DNA from: a virus
Taxonomy: Duplodnaviria; Caudoviricetes
Reading direction: 5' to 3' (one strand)
IMG/VR virus record: IMGVR_UViG_3300043466_002015
Location: 1,462 to 65,461 of that record
DNA length: 64,000 bases
Positions within the stretch are counted from its first letter, which is position 1, and the number at the start of each line of letters is the position of its first letter. Below the pieces are notes generated by a model. The model saw only the letters and a program-made list of their open reading frames with translations. It ran no database searches and was not told the origin of the DNA. Both the position numbers and the translations under genes were made by a program. Below, one piece after another: positions 1 to 10,478 of the stretch.

Positions 1-1793
1 AGCTTAGGCAACAGTCCGTGAGCAGAAGAAGTTGCGTTCAAATCAGTGTTGTCATCGCAAGCCGCAAAGTCGTCCAGTTTGATCGACTTGGCGTCATAAA
101 CGTACCGCGTGCTCCACAAGCTTCCAACAGTGATCTTTTGCGGAGAACCTAAATTGATCGAGTATAGAACATCAGTATTAGCAGCTGATACTGGAGGACT
201 TAAAGCACTTACGTATGTGGCAAACGCTGTCCAAAACTCAGATTGCAAATTGGCAAGAGTGACGTTTTTGTTGACGCCACCGTCATTAACAATAAACAAA
301 TCGCCAGAGGACAATGTAGCAGACGACAAGCCTGCGATGTTTATAGAACCTGCCACTAAAGTGCTGACGTAGGTTGCAAGGGCTCCTACATCTAGCCTAT
401 AGCTGGTAGCACCTCTTCTCATGTACAGATTGTCGCCAGCCAGCACTGGGGTTACGGTTGATGCACCCCACAGCTTTTCTTCCACGTAAGACCAAATTGT
501 TGAACTTGCAGTCTTCTTTGCTGTGCCACTTTGTACGGTATAAAACGTATCAGCGTCCACAAGCGTGCCCACTGACGTGAGTCCAGTGACATGCGTTTTG
601 TAATCAATCCACAACTGCGTCTCAAGCTGCGTAAGCGAAGCCTTCCTCGCTGTTGCCCCCTCACCAACAAGAAATACATCCGTACCATCCAAAGTAGCGT
701 CAGACAGTCCGGTGAGATTAAGGACGTTAGCCTGAATACCAGTGAGCACGAACGTTTGCAGTTGATCGATGGTAATGCTTTTTGTCACGCCACCTCGACC
801 AACAGTGAGCTTGTCACCGGTTGTCGGCGTTACAGAAGCAGCTGACCAACCAGACGCAAGAGCGTAGGTGGACAACACATCAACATCCATCTTGTACTGC
901 GTACCAGACCGGAACACCAGCAAGCCATCACCAGCAGCGGCTGGCGTTAAAGCAGACGCACTGTTCTGCGTACTAACAACGTATGTTGCTATGTTCGCGC
1001 CAGTGGCTGTCTTCCCGACAGCAGATCTTTGAAGCAAGAACACGTCTGTACCAAGGGCTGCGCCACCAATCGCCGCGTATGGTGTTGCAGTTACTGAAGC
1101 CCCCCACGGAGCTGACGTGATTGCAGATCCAACTCCATTCTGAATATACGTTCCGATGTTAAGGGCAGTAGCCTTCTTCGCAGTAGCTCCTCCTTGAGCG
1201 ACATAGAACACATCTGCGTCAGCAAGAGTTCCGACAGAAACCAGTCCTGCGACGTAAGCAAGGTAGTCGGTGTATATCTTGTCCCGGATCCACTGTAACG
1301 TTGTCTTGGATGCTACTGAGCCACGGGCCAAAACAAATTGATCTGTGATGTTGAGCGGAGTCGAGGCAGTACTCAATCCGTCGATCTGCGAACCGAGAGC
1401 CACATCCGTAGAGTTGAGAAAAGTCTTGACGGTGGCGATATCAATCTGCTTTAGAACACCTCCGTCGTTGAAAACCAACTTGTCTCCATTGACGATTGTG
1501 GTCTCAGTAGGAAGAGCCTCGAGCTTGTCTACAACCCAGTTGAAGAAGTTCTGCGCCGTCAACTTCTTGGCAACACCTGACTGAAATGCGTTCAGCATGT
1601 CAGCGTCATTGAGCGTTGTGATCGTTGACACCGCAGCAGCCTGAAGCTGATCTACTGCGAATGCTGCAAGCAACGTAGCTGTCGCATGCTTTGATGTCGT
1701 TCCGTCTACATCAAGAAGCGGAATCTTTTCCGGACCTGACAGAGTGTCAGCCGCAAGTCCAGCGATCCAAGTCGAGAACGATACGTCTGGCAT
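1..1793 (-). CDS. Long repetitive tail fibre/structural protein, runs off the window edge
   Basis: ATG at 1793 (MPDVSFSTWIAGLAADTLSGPEKIPLLD...). Ala/Thr-rich with recurring D-x-F...K-x-T units. Absent from the ORF track, consistent with no stop inside the window. Confidence 0.65.
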   Translation of the reverse strand, partial: MPDVSFSTWIAGLAADTLSGPEKIPLLDVDGTTSKHATATLLAAFAVDQLQAAAVSTITTLNDADMLNAFQSGVAKKLTAQNFFNWVVDKLEALPTETTIVNGDKLVFNDGGVLKQIDIATVKTFLNSTDVALGSQIDGLSTASTPLNITDQFVLARGSVASKTTLQWIRDKIYTDYLAYVAGLVSVGTLADADVFYVAQGGATAKKATALNIGTYIQNGVGSAITSAPWGASVTATPYAAIGGAALGTDVFLLQRSAVGKTATGANIATYVVSTQNSASALTPAAAGDGLLVFRSGTQYKMDVDVLSTYALASGWSAASVTPTTGDKLTVGRGGVTKSITIDQLQTFVLTGIQANVLNLTGLSDATLDGTDVFLVGEGATARKASLTQLETQLWIDYKTHVTGLTSVGTLVDADTFYTVQSGTAKKTASSTIWSYVEEKLWGASTVTPVLAGDNLYMRRGATSYRLDVGALATYVSTLVAGSINIAGLSSATLSSGDLFIVNDGGVNKNVTLANLQSEFWTAFATYVSALSPPVSAANTDVLYSINLGSPQKITVGSLWSTRYVYDAKSIKLDDFAACDDNTDLNATSSAHGLLPK

Positions 1794-1796
1794 AAT

Positions 1797-3041
1797 TTAT
1801 CTCCACTGCCCTGAAGGCTCAATGACCGCGTTTGCACCTTCCCACGCCCAGCTGCCACTTGCAGCCGAAACAAGCAGGATCATGTATTTACCCCTAGCAC
1901 GGGGATAGCTTCTATGGTTTACGCCAGCAGCCCAGGTTCCACTGCTATGCACGCCCGCTGGAGTAGTTCCAGCGATTAAAGCCTCAATAGCAGCCTTTGC
2001 ATTGACGCTCACTTGTTCTGCGGTATCAGAAACCATAACCCTCCAGGTCACATTTACGCTTCCAGAGGCAATTATCCCGTGCAATTGGATTAGTCTACCA
2101 TAACTGTTTCCATCGCCCATCAAAATAGGACCGATTGCAACATACGAACCTGAATGACCATTCTTAAACGGCCAGAAGCCCTGGCGAGTCGTATCGTACA
2201 TCCACGAAACAGCAGCAGTCGGGATGTAAATGTAAACCCCATTCGTTCCGAGGTCATACTGCAACACCGTGTTCACGTCCGTAACCCCAGAAAGATGCTC
2301 TGGGATAACTTCGTTTGACAACGCTTGAAGTCCACTTCCGTCTGCCCCCACTGTGTACAATCCATCAGAAGATAGGAAGTAGTATCGGTCAAGCTCGTCA
2401 CGGCACCATGCTTTTGCACCTACCATCCCAACTTTGCGAGAGATGTTTCGCATTCCCCCATCAGCCACAGGATCTCCCTGGATAGCCCAAAGAGAATTGC
2501 TTGTTGCAGCCAAAAGGTATGCGTCCTTGTGCGGTATCAATGACACAATGTCAGAACCGATTTCACCAGCTTCAGACAATTGCATAACGAACGGACGCAT
2601 TGCATCACTAACATCTGAGCTTAGTGCCCAGTCGGTGTAATTGCCCTGCCTACTGGCGTAAATTAACTTTCCCGCAGGACGAATAAGCCTGTCTCTATAC
2701 ACGCATTGAGCAGGATGGCTTGCTGGAGCGTTTGGACCTGGGGTTACATAAACCGTGCCGCCACTATGGACAACTGAAGAATCCACACTGACAACGATTT
2801 GATTACCGCTACCGTCAGTAACTCGATTTCCGGCACTGTCCGTCAAATACTGAACCTGCGACGAAGGGACTGTCGACGCTGCTCCCTGCGACCACGAACC
2901 ACCACGAAGGCGACCTTGGAAATCCTCGGCTCTACAATTTACAGACCAAGGGCAAAAATACTGATCCTGCCTTCCGACCGATTGCCGAAAGGACATACGT
3001 CTATTAACGCCTGATGGAAACAGTATCTCTTTTTTTGCCAT
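1797..3041 (-). CDS. Putative tail tubular/nozzle (DNA stabilisation) protein
   Basis: Beta-rich protein of about 414 aa from MAKKEILF, located in the tail cluster. The function is inferred from position and composition. Confidence 0.5.
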   Translation of the reverse strand: MAKKEILFPSGVNRRMSFRQSVGRQDQYFCPWSVNCRAEDFQGRLRGGSWSQGAASTVPSSQVQYLTDSAGNRVTDGSGNQIVVSVDSSVVHSGGTVYVTPGPNAPASHPAQCVYRDRLIRPAGKLIYASRQGNYTDWALSSDVSDAMRPFVMQLSEAGEIGSDIVSLIPHKDAYLLAATSNSLWAIQGDPVADGGMRNISRKVGMVGAKAWCRDELDRYYFLSSDGLYTVGADGSGLQALSNEVIPEHLSGVTDVNTVLQYDLGTNGVYIYIPTAAVSWMYDTTRQGFWPFKNGHSGSYVAIGPILMGDGNSYGRLIQLHGIIASGSVNVTWRVMVSDTAEQVSVNAKAAIEALIAGTTPAGVHSSGTWAAGVNHRSYPRARGKYMILLVSAASGSWAWEGANAVIEPSGQWR

Positions 3042-3049
3042 GTCATTTC

Positions 3050-3448
3050 TTACGCCGAAGCTGGAAGACCTGCCACAGTTGTTCCGGTAATCGTTAAAGC
3101 CCGCCACGTAGTAGGAGAATCGCAAATCAAAGCCACAAACAAGTTGGCTGCAACTGCCGATCTAGCTGAAGCGCCGGGCGTTCCTCCATTGATAACAATA
3201 GTTGTGGGAGAACTTGTCCGAATGCCTCCGCCAGTAGCACCACCAGCAACGAAAACGATCCTTCCTGGCGTTGCAGGCGGAAGGATCAGGTTATTTCCTG
3301 AATTAACCCAGGTCGGAACGACAAGCTGAACCAGCCGATCGTCAGGAATTGCAACCCCTGCGGATGTAGCCGTCAGAGGAACAATCCCAGGACCACCAGA
3401 CGAAAAAGCTCGCAGCAAGTCACTTAAAATGTTATGAGGTGACGACAT
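3050..3448 (-). CDS. Small virion structural protein, paralog of the N-terminus of 3556..5412
   Basis: MSSPHNILSDLLRAFSSGGPG aligns with MSAPHNILSDALQAFSPGGPG over about 120 aa. Confidence 0.6.
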   Translation of the reverse strand: MSSPHNILSDLLRAFSSGGPGIVPLTATSAGVAIPDDRLVQLVVPTWVNSGNNLILPPATPGRIVFVAGGATGGGIRTSSPTTIVINGGTPGASARSAVAANLFVALICDSPTTWRALTITGTTVAGLPASA

Positions 3449-3555
3449 GGCAAAGATCCTTTCAAAAATAGTTCATGGGGCGACTAGCCCCTAAGGGAAA
3501 AAACTAACACGATGCTAGTGTGTATCTTTAACTTCCGCGGTCAAAATGCTTCTCC

Positions 3556-5412
3556 TTAAAGTCTTGTCGCCAAATGTTGCCCAAGTGCTATTTGACCATT
3601 GACGCTAAGGTGAGCATTATCTCCGCTGCGAATCTCAAAACCATCCAAGTCAACCATTTCGCAATTTGGAATAATCGCTGCTGCTGCTGCTTGAGCTGTC
3701 CTTACTGTTGACGTGTAAGTTTCTGAAAGCTCATCATGCAAACGACACAACAACACTGGACTGATGGCTTGTTCATAACCAATCTCTGCTCGCAACTCAC
3801 GAACAAAGTCAATTAAGTTTTGTTGATAATTATTTGCTGTTGTTAAATTCGTCGCGTCCTGTTCACCTTGATGCCACACAATCCCAAGTATGCTCGGGCG
3901 TCTACTTGCAGCCTGATGAACCCGCATTTGTCGCCACCAATTGCGACCCATTTGACCAAACAGCCTAGAAGTGTTGTTGTGGGTCATAGTGTTATCTAGT
4001 GGATCCCAGTGTCGAGTTGCGTTATACTCCAACCAAGAAGATCCAATAGCGTATTTATTTAACCACACTGAACCACCGGATGTATCAAGATATTCCTTGC
4101 ATAGCACAGACTCCGCACCGATGTAGGCAGTAGGCTGAGTCTCACTGTCACCTAGCATGTGATTTCCCGTGTAACCGTTTTTTGCTGCTTGGTTATTCAA
4201 TGCTTCAAAGCCTGTTCCAGCACCTTGGTTGGCGTTGAGTGCAGTCAAACCATGCCACACGTTTGCATTTCCAATTGCTCCGCGATACTCGACTGGAATG
4301 TTTGCATCCGATACACCACGATCCCCACGTCCAGCACTGTTGCTCTGGCCGTGCATTGAAATTGTTGGTGCAGGGGTGTAGCTAGAGAATAACGGAATAG
4401 ATGCACCGTATCGAGTGTTAAGATAAGCATGAACTTCATCAAGCTCAGCAACGCTCAGAGCACGATTCCATACTAGACATTCCTGCCAGTCCATATTTAG
4501 ACCGCGATACTGCGTACCAATCGAGGTAGCAACAGCACCACTACGGACAATTTGAGCATGTGCGTCATCAGCTTGAATGATACCGTTGACTAACGAAACT
4601 CTTGAACCCCAACCAATTCGAGCAATCCAGCAAGCATCAAGAGCTGCGTTGGTATTTAGGGTTGAGTCCGTGTTGTAAACCGCAAATCGGTTAGTTGATT
4701 CATAGCCTGCCCACAACCCATTATATCCGGCTGCACCAGTGTGCCCAAAATGACCCTGAGTAGAACCAAGCGTTCGCTGCCCGTAGGTGATGATTGTAAC
4801 AGGCCACGAATGCAATGCCGCTACACTGCTAAGCCACGTTGACGCATTGCCAGTCAATCGAGCCTTCCCGTTTGCTGCTGTCCCTGGCGTTAAAACTCCA
4901 GCCTGCTGCGTCATCGTCCGACTATTTCCGCTCAAATCATTGAGTGAAATTGTCGGGCTAGTGCCAGTGTACTCGTCGGCTCTCCACCATCCCCAAATGT
5001 CGTCGAACGCTGATGATGTCGCAGTTCCACTGCCAGATAACGCACTCGGCACTCCGCCTGAAGAAATGGTAATCCCAACCCAAGAGCTTGGTGACTCGCA
5101 GATAGCAACAACCATCATGTTGGCTGCAATAGTCGCTAGCCCAAACTCGCCACCAATCGAAATTGCGTCAGGATCACTTGATTGCAAGTTTCCTCCGGTA
5201 GCGGCACCAACAATAATGACGATTTTCCCTGGGTCTGGAGCAGGGAGAATCAAAATGTTATTAACCGCATTCCAAGTCGGGATAACAATTTGAAGAAGTC
5301 GCTCTTCTAAAATTTTAGCGCCTGCTGCGGTGGCAGTTAGACGCACAACCCCAGGACCACCGGGCGAAAAAGCCTGTAGTGCGTCACTTAAAATGTTATG
5401 AGGCGCCGACAT
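3556..5412 (-). CDS. Virion protein: anchor domain + LamG/ConA-like domain + SGNH acetylesterase (SASA/CE6-like)
   Basis: GQSN, WHQGEQD and DNAH (DxxH) motifs. LamG-like WWRAD...WNRALS segment. Confidence 0.75.
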   Translation of the reverse strand: MSAPHNILSDALQAFSPGGPGVVRLTATAAGAKILEERLLQIVIPTWNAVNNILILPAPDPGKIVIIVGAATGGNLQSSDPDAISIGGEFGLATIAANMMVVAICESPSSWVGITISSGGVPSALSGSGTATSSAFDDIWGWWRADEYTGTSPTISLNDLSGNSRTMTQQAGVLTPGTAANGKARLTGNASTWLSSVAALHSWPVTIITYGQRTLGSTQGHFGHTGAAGYNGLWAGYESTNRFAVYNTDSTLNTNAALDACWIARIGWGSRVSLVNGIIQADDAHAQIVRSGAVATSIGTQYRGLNMDWQECLVWNRALSVAELDEVHAYLNTRYGASIPLFSSYTPAPTISMHGQSNSAGRGDRGVSDANIPVEYRGAIGNANVWHGLTALNANQGAGTGFEALNNQAAKNGYTGNHMLGDSETQPTAYIGAESVLCKEYLDTSGGSVWLNKYAIGSSWLEYNATRHWDPLDNTMTHNNTSRLFGQMGRNWWRQMRVHQAASRRPSILGIVWHQGEQDATNLTTANNYQQNLIDFVRELRAEIGYEQAISPVLLCRLHDELSETYTSTVRTAQAAAAAIIPNCEMVDLDGFEIRSGDNAHLSVNGQIALGQHLATRL

Positions 5413-5434
5413 GAAATTTCTTTTTTTTGAAAAA

Positions 5435-5758
5435 TCAATCTTTCATTGTAATCCCGACCACGCCCGCTGCATTGCCGGTGATTTTCAAAAAACTTGCGCC
5501 AATCAAAGCCGCAGGGAACGCATAGTTGTACCCTGCCGCCACGGTCGACGTAACGTCAGCATTCGAGCCGTCCCTGACTTGGGTGTAAACCCCATTGTCA
5601 GTCAAGCTAGCATACCAGTTCAATGTCGTCAGAGACGAACCCGCAGGGATATGCACCCTCCCAGTTTCGGAGCTACTGAAATCAATCACTGAACTCGCGG
5701 CAATCGAGGTTCCAATCGTCACCGCTGGAATATGAGCACTGTATCGTTGTGTTGTCAC
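5435..5758 (-). CDS. Small structural protein
   Basis: 107-aa beta-rich ORF coupled to the upstream gene in the structural operon. Confidence 0.55.
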   Translation of the reverse strand: MTTQRYSAHIPAVTIGTSIAASSVIDFSSSETGRVHIPAGSSLTTLNWYASLTDNGVYTQVRDGSNADVTSTVAAGYNYAFPAALIGASFLKITGNAAGVVGITMKD

Positions 5759-7008
5759 TGAATCTGTCCTCCAATTGTCAACCGTCCAATTCGCTGTTCT
5801 CGGCTACGGTAATCATAATCGAAAACGCCAAATTTACCATTCATTCCCCGAGGGGAATCTGGACCTAAGCCTGTTGGACTAGATCTATCTTGGTCATTTC
5901 TTATCGCAAGTGCAATCAATTCCAGGAATCTCTTCTCATGGACATGCTCTCTTTCCTCGTAATTGTGCTCAGCAGAAGCTAAACAAGCTTCCAAAATGAC
6001 TTGGCTGAGCATTTCCCCCCCGACAGGGAAAAGGTTGGATTCACTAAGATCCACGGGACGAAGGATCATTGGGACTCGCAAAACATAGGCTGCGTCAGGA
6101 ATAGGGTAAAACGCAAGTGTTTTTCTGCTTCCAACCGCAGGGTCAAACCTGTTAGTCCTCACCGAGTAAAAACAAGGGCGACTAAACTCTGGATTGTCAG
6201 CCTCAAGTTTGCGAATTGTTGTGTCGTGCCGATTACTCACTGATGGATACCACTGGTCCGGTCCAGGGTAATACACCAAGTCGCTGTCGTTTGCCACTGA
6301 GTCGAAGGAAACGTCCATTGCCACCTCTGGCATCGCCAGTTTGTAGGCTGCGCTACTGGCTTGGGTGACGCTGGTATTGTCAAGGGTGATCTGAGTATTG
6401 CTCCCGCGACTTGCAACCGAGTAGTACTTGCTACCCACCATCAGCACTCCGCTTGCTGCCCAGCTCGGGAATACCCCGCCTACGAGCGTAACAACACCTG
6501 CGGCAATGGTAATTGTCCCTGTTGCGTAAGGTGCCGTGGTAGTCACGTCAACCAACGGTCTGAAAAAGGACCACTCATGCGCTGCGTAAACTCGACTCAA
6601 GCCATCTCGAATGCAGTAATTGATTCTGGTCAACTGATCGGTAGCGAAGACCGTCCCAACCTCCGCGCCGAACAAGTAATGACCTACCCGCTCCCTGAGA
6701 GTAAGGTAACTGACTGGACCGCCGCCTGAAACGCTAGCCGCTGCCGCAAAGTCCACTTCGAAGTGGTACGTTGACCCGCCGTAGACAAACTCAACGTAAG
6801 CCGTGTAAGCCACGTTTGGCAAGTCGGCAAACTCATACTGGTACGTTCCTGTCGAAACTAGAGTCATCGACGTGTTGTCAGCGACCACAACTGCATCAGT
6901 GTCGTTGCGCTTGACTCCAAAAGTCCCTGTTGGATCCGATAATTTTGCTGACGTAACGTTTGTTGGAACGCCGTCAACCTTAAATGTTTTTCTTACAATA
7001 CGCGACAT
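5755..7008 (-). CDS. Putative head-tail adaptor/tail tubular protein A-like with inserted beta domains
   Basis: HEWSF and LAFYPIPDAAY segments resemble podovirus adaptors. Position supports this. Confidence 0.55.
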   Translation of the reverse strand: MSRIVRKTFKVDGVPTNVTSAKLSDPTGTFGVKRNDTDAVVVADNTSMTLVSTGTYQYEFADLPNVAYTAYVEFVYGGSTYHFEVDFAAAASVSGGGPVSYLTLRERVGHYLFGAEVGTVFATDQLTRINYCIRDGLSRVYAAHEWSFFRPLVDVTTTAPYATGTITIAAGVVTLVGGVFPSWAASGVLMVGSKYYSVASRGSNTQITLDNTSVTQASSAAYKLAMPEVAMDVSFDSVANDSDLVYYPGPDQWYPSVSNRHDTTIRKLEADNPEFSRPCFYSVRTNRFDPAVGSRKTLAFYPIPDAAYVLRVPMILRPVDLSESNLFPVGGEMLSQVILEACLASAEHNYEEREHVHEKRFLELIALAIRNDQDRSSPTGLGPDSPRGMNGKFGVFDYDYRSREQRIGRLTIGGQIQ

Positions 7009-7010
7009 AA

Positions 7011-8249
7011 TTACTCCACAGTTATACTGCGATCCTCAACGACAATGTTCACAGTGCCGCCTCCACCACCTCCAGCCGCCATCGAAAGAGCAATCGTATC
7101 GAATCGGAATTGACCAGCACCGTTGGATTCGATCATGCTATCGAGCCTGCTAAGGGCCTGTGTCGCTGCCACCGCTGACGAAATTTCGTTTAAGGTAAAC
7201 GTCAAGTTTGGTATCATCATATATGACGAGGTCGTGTCCGGCACAACTGACCATTGACCTGTTGTAGATCGTGTCCGAATCGTCGCGACTTTGGTTGAGC
7301 CTACATAGTCCTCGACAAGTGCAACTTGATCCTGCCCCGTTCCGCTGCGGATAAACACTAACTGCCCATTGTACGCATCGTCGCTTGATGAAGCGTTTGC
7401 GTTAAGCGTGATTGTCGTTGCGGTTGCTGCTTGGGCTAAACCTTCATTGACTGAGTTTCTCCCAGCATCGGCAAGGATAACAAACTCGCTCGTATTGTCT
7501 GGATTGACCCTCCAGTCACGGTCAACGGTTGCAACTTTGGTTGAGCCGTTGTACTGCAAAATTAATCGAGCCTGCCCTGCACCAGTGCCGGTTTCGATAA
7601 ATATCAACCCTGGATCATAATCACCGTTAGTAGCACTTGCACCCGCATCGAGTTGAATCTGATTGTTGCCAGTTCCTGGTCCTTGTGCTGTTCCTGCTCT
7701 GACAATTACACTAGCCAACTGTCGTAATCTTCGCCCTGCCGAAGATGCTATGTTGTAAGTCGCGCCTGTTAGGATCGCATTCCAGACCGCATCGCGGTTC
7801 TGGTTGGCGGTTGGAATATCACTAACTGCTGCTGGGCTAGCTGGCAGGTTCGTGGTCTTGTCGCGGATCGCATCCAAGATACCGACTGTTGGATCGGTAG
7901 GCGTGGTGCCGCTGGTTGGTACGCCCAGTATCGACCTGATCGCGGTTCGCTCGTCTGCTGTCCAATCCGTGCCTGCGAACACGCTTGTAGGTATTTCGTA
8001 GCTTTGAAAGGTTGCAGTCGTTAGCGTTAAATCGACCCACCAAGTAGCAATCGGCGTAGTTCCTACCAATGCCAATAGGCGATACAGTCCGGCAGCAATG
8101 TCAGTGTATGCTGCACGATAAACACCCTTACGATTAGTCTGTTCAGTTGCCGTGACGCTTGCAACCTCTGTGTCGCTGCTAGGAGCGAAAAGCTTTGCCG
8201 TAATTGTTTGACTTGGAGCAGCAAAAAACTCAACCGTCTGGGTTGCCAT
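7011..8249 (-). CDS. Structural/fibre protein with an internal duplicated domain
   Basis: Two units of GxAQ...IxLxAxAS...Y...IFI.SGTG.xQ. Confidence 0.55.
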   Translation of the reverse strand: MATQTVEFFAAPSQTITAKLFAPSSDTEVASVTATEQTNRKGVYRAAYTDIAAGLYRLLALVGTTPIATWWVDLTLTTATFQSYEIPTSVFAGTDWTADERTAIRSILGVPTSGTTPTDPTVGILDAIRDKTTNLPASPAAVSDIPTANQNRDAVWNAILTGATYNIASSAGRRLRQLASVIVRAGTAQGPGTGNNQIQLDAGASATNGDYDPGLIFIETGTGAGQARLILQYNGSTKVATVDRDWRVNPDNTSEFVILADAGRNSVNEGLAQAATATTITLNANASSSDDAYNGQLVFIRSGTGQDQVALVEDYVGSTKVATIRTRSTTGQWSVVPDTTSSYMMIPNLTFTLNEISSAVAATQALSRLDSMIESNGAGQFRFDTIALSMAAGGGGGGTVNIVVEDRSITVE

Positions 8250-8394
8250 CGATCATATCCTTTGCTGTCGCAATCTTGTTTGCCAACGGGAGAAGAACAG
8301 TCGCTGCTTGCAATGCGTTCGGAGAAGATTTAATCGCCGACTCAATGCATGCGAGCAATTGCTGTTGTTCGTCTTGTGTTATTTCAACGATCAT
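8230..8394 (-). CDS. Small protein (54 aa), possible fibre chaperone
   Basis: Manually read ORF MIVEITQDEQQQLLACIESAIK... that fills the gap between neighbouring genes. Confidence 0.5.
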   Translation of the reverse strand: MIVEITQDEQQQLLACIESAIKSSPNALQAATVLLPLANKIATAKDMIDGNPDG

Positions 8395-8396
8395 AA

Positions 8397-8690
8397 TTAG
8401 GTCAATACGTCAGGGATTTGAAGTTGAGCGACGAGTGCCGCTTGCTGCTGTGGAGACAACGCATCGAAAAGTTGAAGTGCATTCTTCTTCTTGTAATCCA
8501 AGAGCGAAGCGTAGTACGAATCGCATGCCGCTCGAAACACGCTGTCGGCATACTGCTGTTCGGTTAGCGACGGTCTTTGGTCGCCGCTGGGCTCTCCAAG
8601 GTTCGATGCATTCGTCGCATCGTTGGCAAGTTTCGTTGCATAGGCAAGACCCCACCGTTGCTCTTGAGATAACTTCGTTAGATCAACCAT
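8397..8690 (-). CDS. Hypothetical protein
   Basis: 97-aa ORF tightly packed in the operon with AGGAG upstream. Confidence 0.6.
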   Translation of the reverse strand: MVDLTKLSQEQRWGLAYATKLANDATNASNLGEPSGDQRPSLTEQQYADSVFRAACDSYYASLLDYKKKNALQLFDALSPQQQAALVAQLQIPDVLT

Positions 8691-8692
8691 GA

Positions 8693-8854
8693 TTACAGGC
8701 TCCTTAGTTGTTCAAGAGTTGTGTCCGTTGCCTCAATTTCCTCTTGCAATCGCAACACGTCCTCGAGGTTCCCCAATGCCGTAGCTGTTGCCAAGGCATT
8801 GTTGAGCGAGGCTAGCTTGTTTGCGACTAGAATAATTAGGTCGTTGATTGTCAT
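8693..8854 (-). CDS. Small coiled-coil protein (53 aa)
   Basis: Manually read ORF MTINDLIILVANKLASLNNALAT... with an ATGA overlap with the upstream stop. Confidence 0.55.
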   Translation of the reverse strand: MTINDLIILVANKLASLNNALATATALGNLEDVLRLQEEIEATDTTLEQLRSL

Positions 8855-10470
8855 ACCAGCACCACAAGTTCCTGACTCACCGTCGAAATGTGCGACATAA
8901 GGTAGATCACGTCGTATTTATCGGTCCCGTCAATTGCCGCATACGCGGCCATACGCGAACCGAGTGCCGCTGTTCCTGCCTGAAGGAAGTCGGTCGGAGT
9001 GCATGGACTCAACACCCGATTCTTCGCATCGAAACGGAATATCTGGTTGACTGTTGAGGCCACATACTGATTGATATAAGAAAACCTTCCTTCTTGTCCA
9101 TATGGCGAGTAGCATCCAGTGGAACCAGTTCCCATGCCACCCACGTTTCCATCGTAGGTGATTGCTCCTGTCCATGTTCCGGTAATTGAACCAGCAATGT
9201 CGAGCAAGTCTAAGGTGACAGTTGCACCTCCTCGGAAGAAGTAGTTAAACGAGTGCCTTGCATTGCGACCAACATCCGGTTGGATTCCGAAAGAAGGACA
9301 CCACAAGCAACCAGCACCGTTCGCCGCCGGAGCAGCACCGAAGTAGGTTGTACTCCATGCGTCAGCCGCGATAGAGGTGGTCCCATTGTTTACGGTCGCA
9401 TCGCCATAGTTGTAGGTGTAGGTCGTAGTGGCAGCGGTTGTTCGCAAAACAAGCAAATTTGGTTGCTCGATGACGAACTTTGCGGAGGTCGAGGGCGTTA
9501 CGGTCCATGCCGTTCCGGTTGTATACACGGCTGACGGTCCCGCTGTATGCGATGCAATGATTCTCCGTTGTCCGACCGCTGTTGGGGTAGTCGTATCTTC
9601 GACAATTCGGATTTGAAAGTTCCGATACTCGTTAGCAACTACGGAAGCATCCCCACCCGTTGCCCTTCCTGTGATCGTTGAAGCACCCGAACCCGTTGCT
9701 AGAAGTGCAAAGCGGGTTCCACCTGCTGTGTCGGTGTCATGCCCACCTTTGATCATTCCCTCTCCAGGCTTGTTGTCGTATGGAACGTATTGCTCATCAA
9801 GAACAAGCATGGCAGAATCGGTCGATAGCGTTGCTGGCAAGTTGGTGATCGATTTGTTTGCTAGTGTATTCGTTGCCGGTTCAAAAGTTCGGAACGCACC
9901 TGCCGCAAGTGTTCCCGAATTCAGCATGAACAATTCACCACAAAGCAACTCGTATCGTGCGCCAGTTGCGGGAGTAAACGAAAACGCAACATCAACGTCG
10001 ATAGCTGGCGTTGTTCCTGCACTGTTGCCAACAATCCAGCGTTCTTCGGTCTTTCCTGCCGTCGTGTCGATGATTCTCAATCGGAACCCAAGTTCACCGG
10101 CACCACCACGACCGGCAAGCATGTTAACACCGACCGCTGTGGGCAACGCCGTGGTCAACGTCACTCTTGTAGTTGTTGCTCCTGCTGCAATTGTTCCGAC
10201 AACGCCAAGCGAGGGAGCAAAAGCAGACGTTGAACCCGCGCCGAACGTACCCGCTGTCAAAGGCGTAGGGACTGCCGACTGCCATGCTTTGGTAACCATG
10301 TTGAATCGATACAGAATTGCGTTGCTTATCAACTGATACACAAACGGATCGCGAGTTAAGTCGTTCCGCATGTCACAAGATGTTGACATTGCCGCAGTTC
10401 CAACGCTCGGGGCAGGTGGAACCTGAACCCACATTTGCCGGTCAATAACTTTCTTGAATGTATTTGCCAT
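8851..10470 (-). CDS. Tail-associated beta-propeller-like structural protein
   Basis: 539-aa Thr/Gly/Ala-rich protein with a duplicated IRIxxxTT...RxI unit, located in the fibre cluster. Confidence 0.55.
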   Translation of the reverse strand: MANTFKKVIDRQMWVQVPPAPSVGTAAMSTSCDMRNDLTRDPFVYQLISNAILYRFNMVTKAWQSAVPTPLTAGTFGAGSTSAFAPSLGVVGTIAAGATTTRVTLTTALPTAVGVNMLAGRGGAGELGFRLRIIDTTAGKTEERWIVGNSAGTTPAIDVDVAFSFTPATGARYELLCGELFMLNSGTLAAGAFRTFEPATNTLANKSITNLPATLSTDSAMLVLDEQYVPYDNKPGEGMIKGGHDTDTAGGTRFALLATGSGASTITGRATGGDASVVANEYRNFQIRIVEDTTTPTAVGQRRIIASHTAGPSAVYTTGTAWTVTPSTSAKFVIEQPNLLVLRTTAATTTYTYNYGDATVNNGTTSIAADAWSTTYFGAAPAANGAGCLWCPSFGIQPDVGRNARHSFNYFFRGGATVTLDLLDIAGSITGTWTGAITYDGNVGGMGTGSTGCYSPYGQEGRFSYINQYVASTVNQIFRFDAKNRVLSPCTPTDFLQAGTAALGSRMAAYAAIDGTDKYDVIYLMSHISTVSQELVVLV

Positions 10471-10478
10471 GTTATTTC

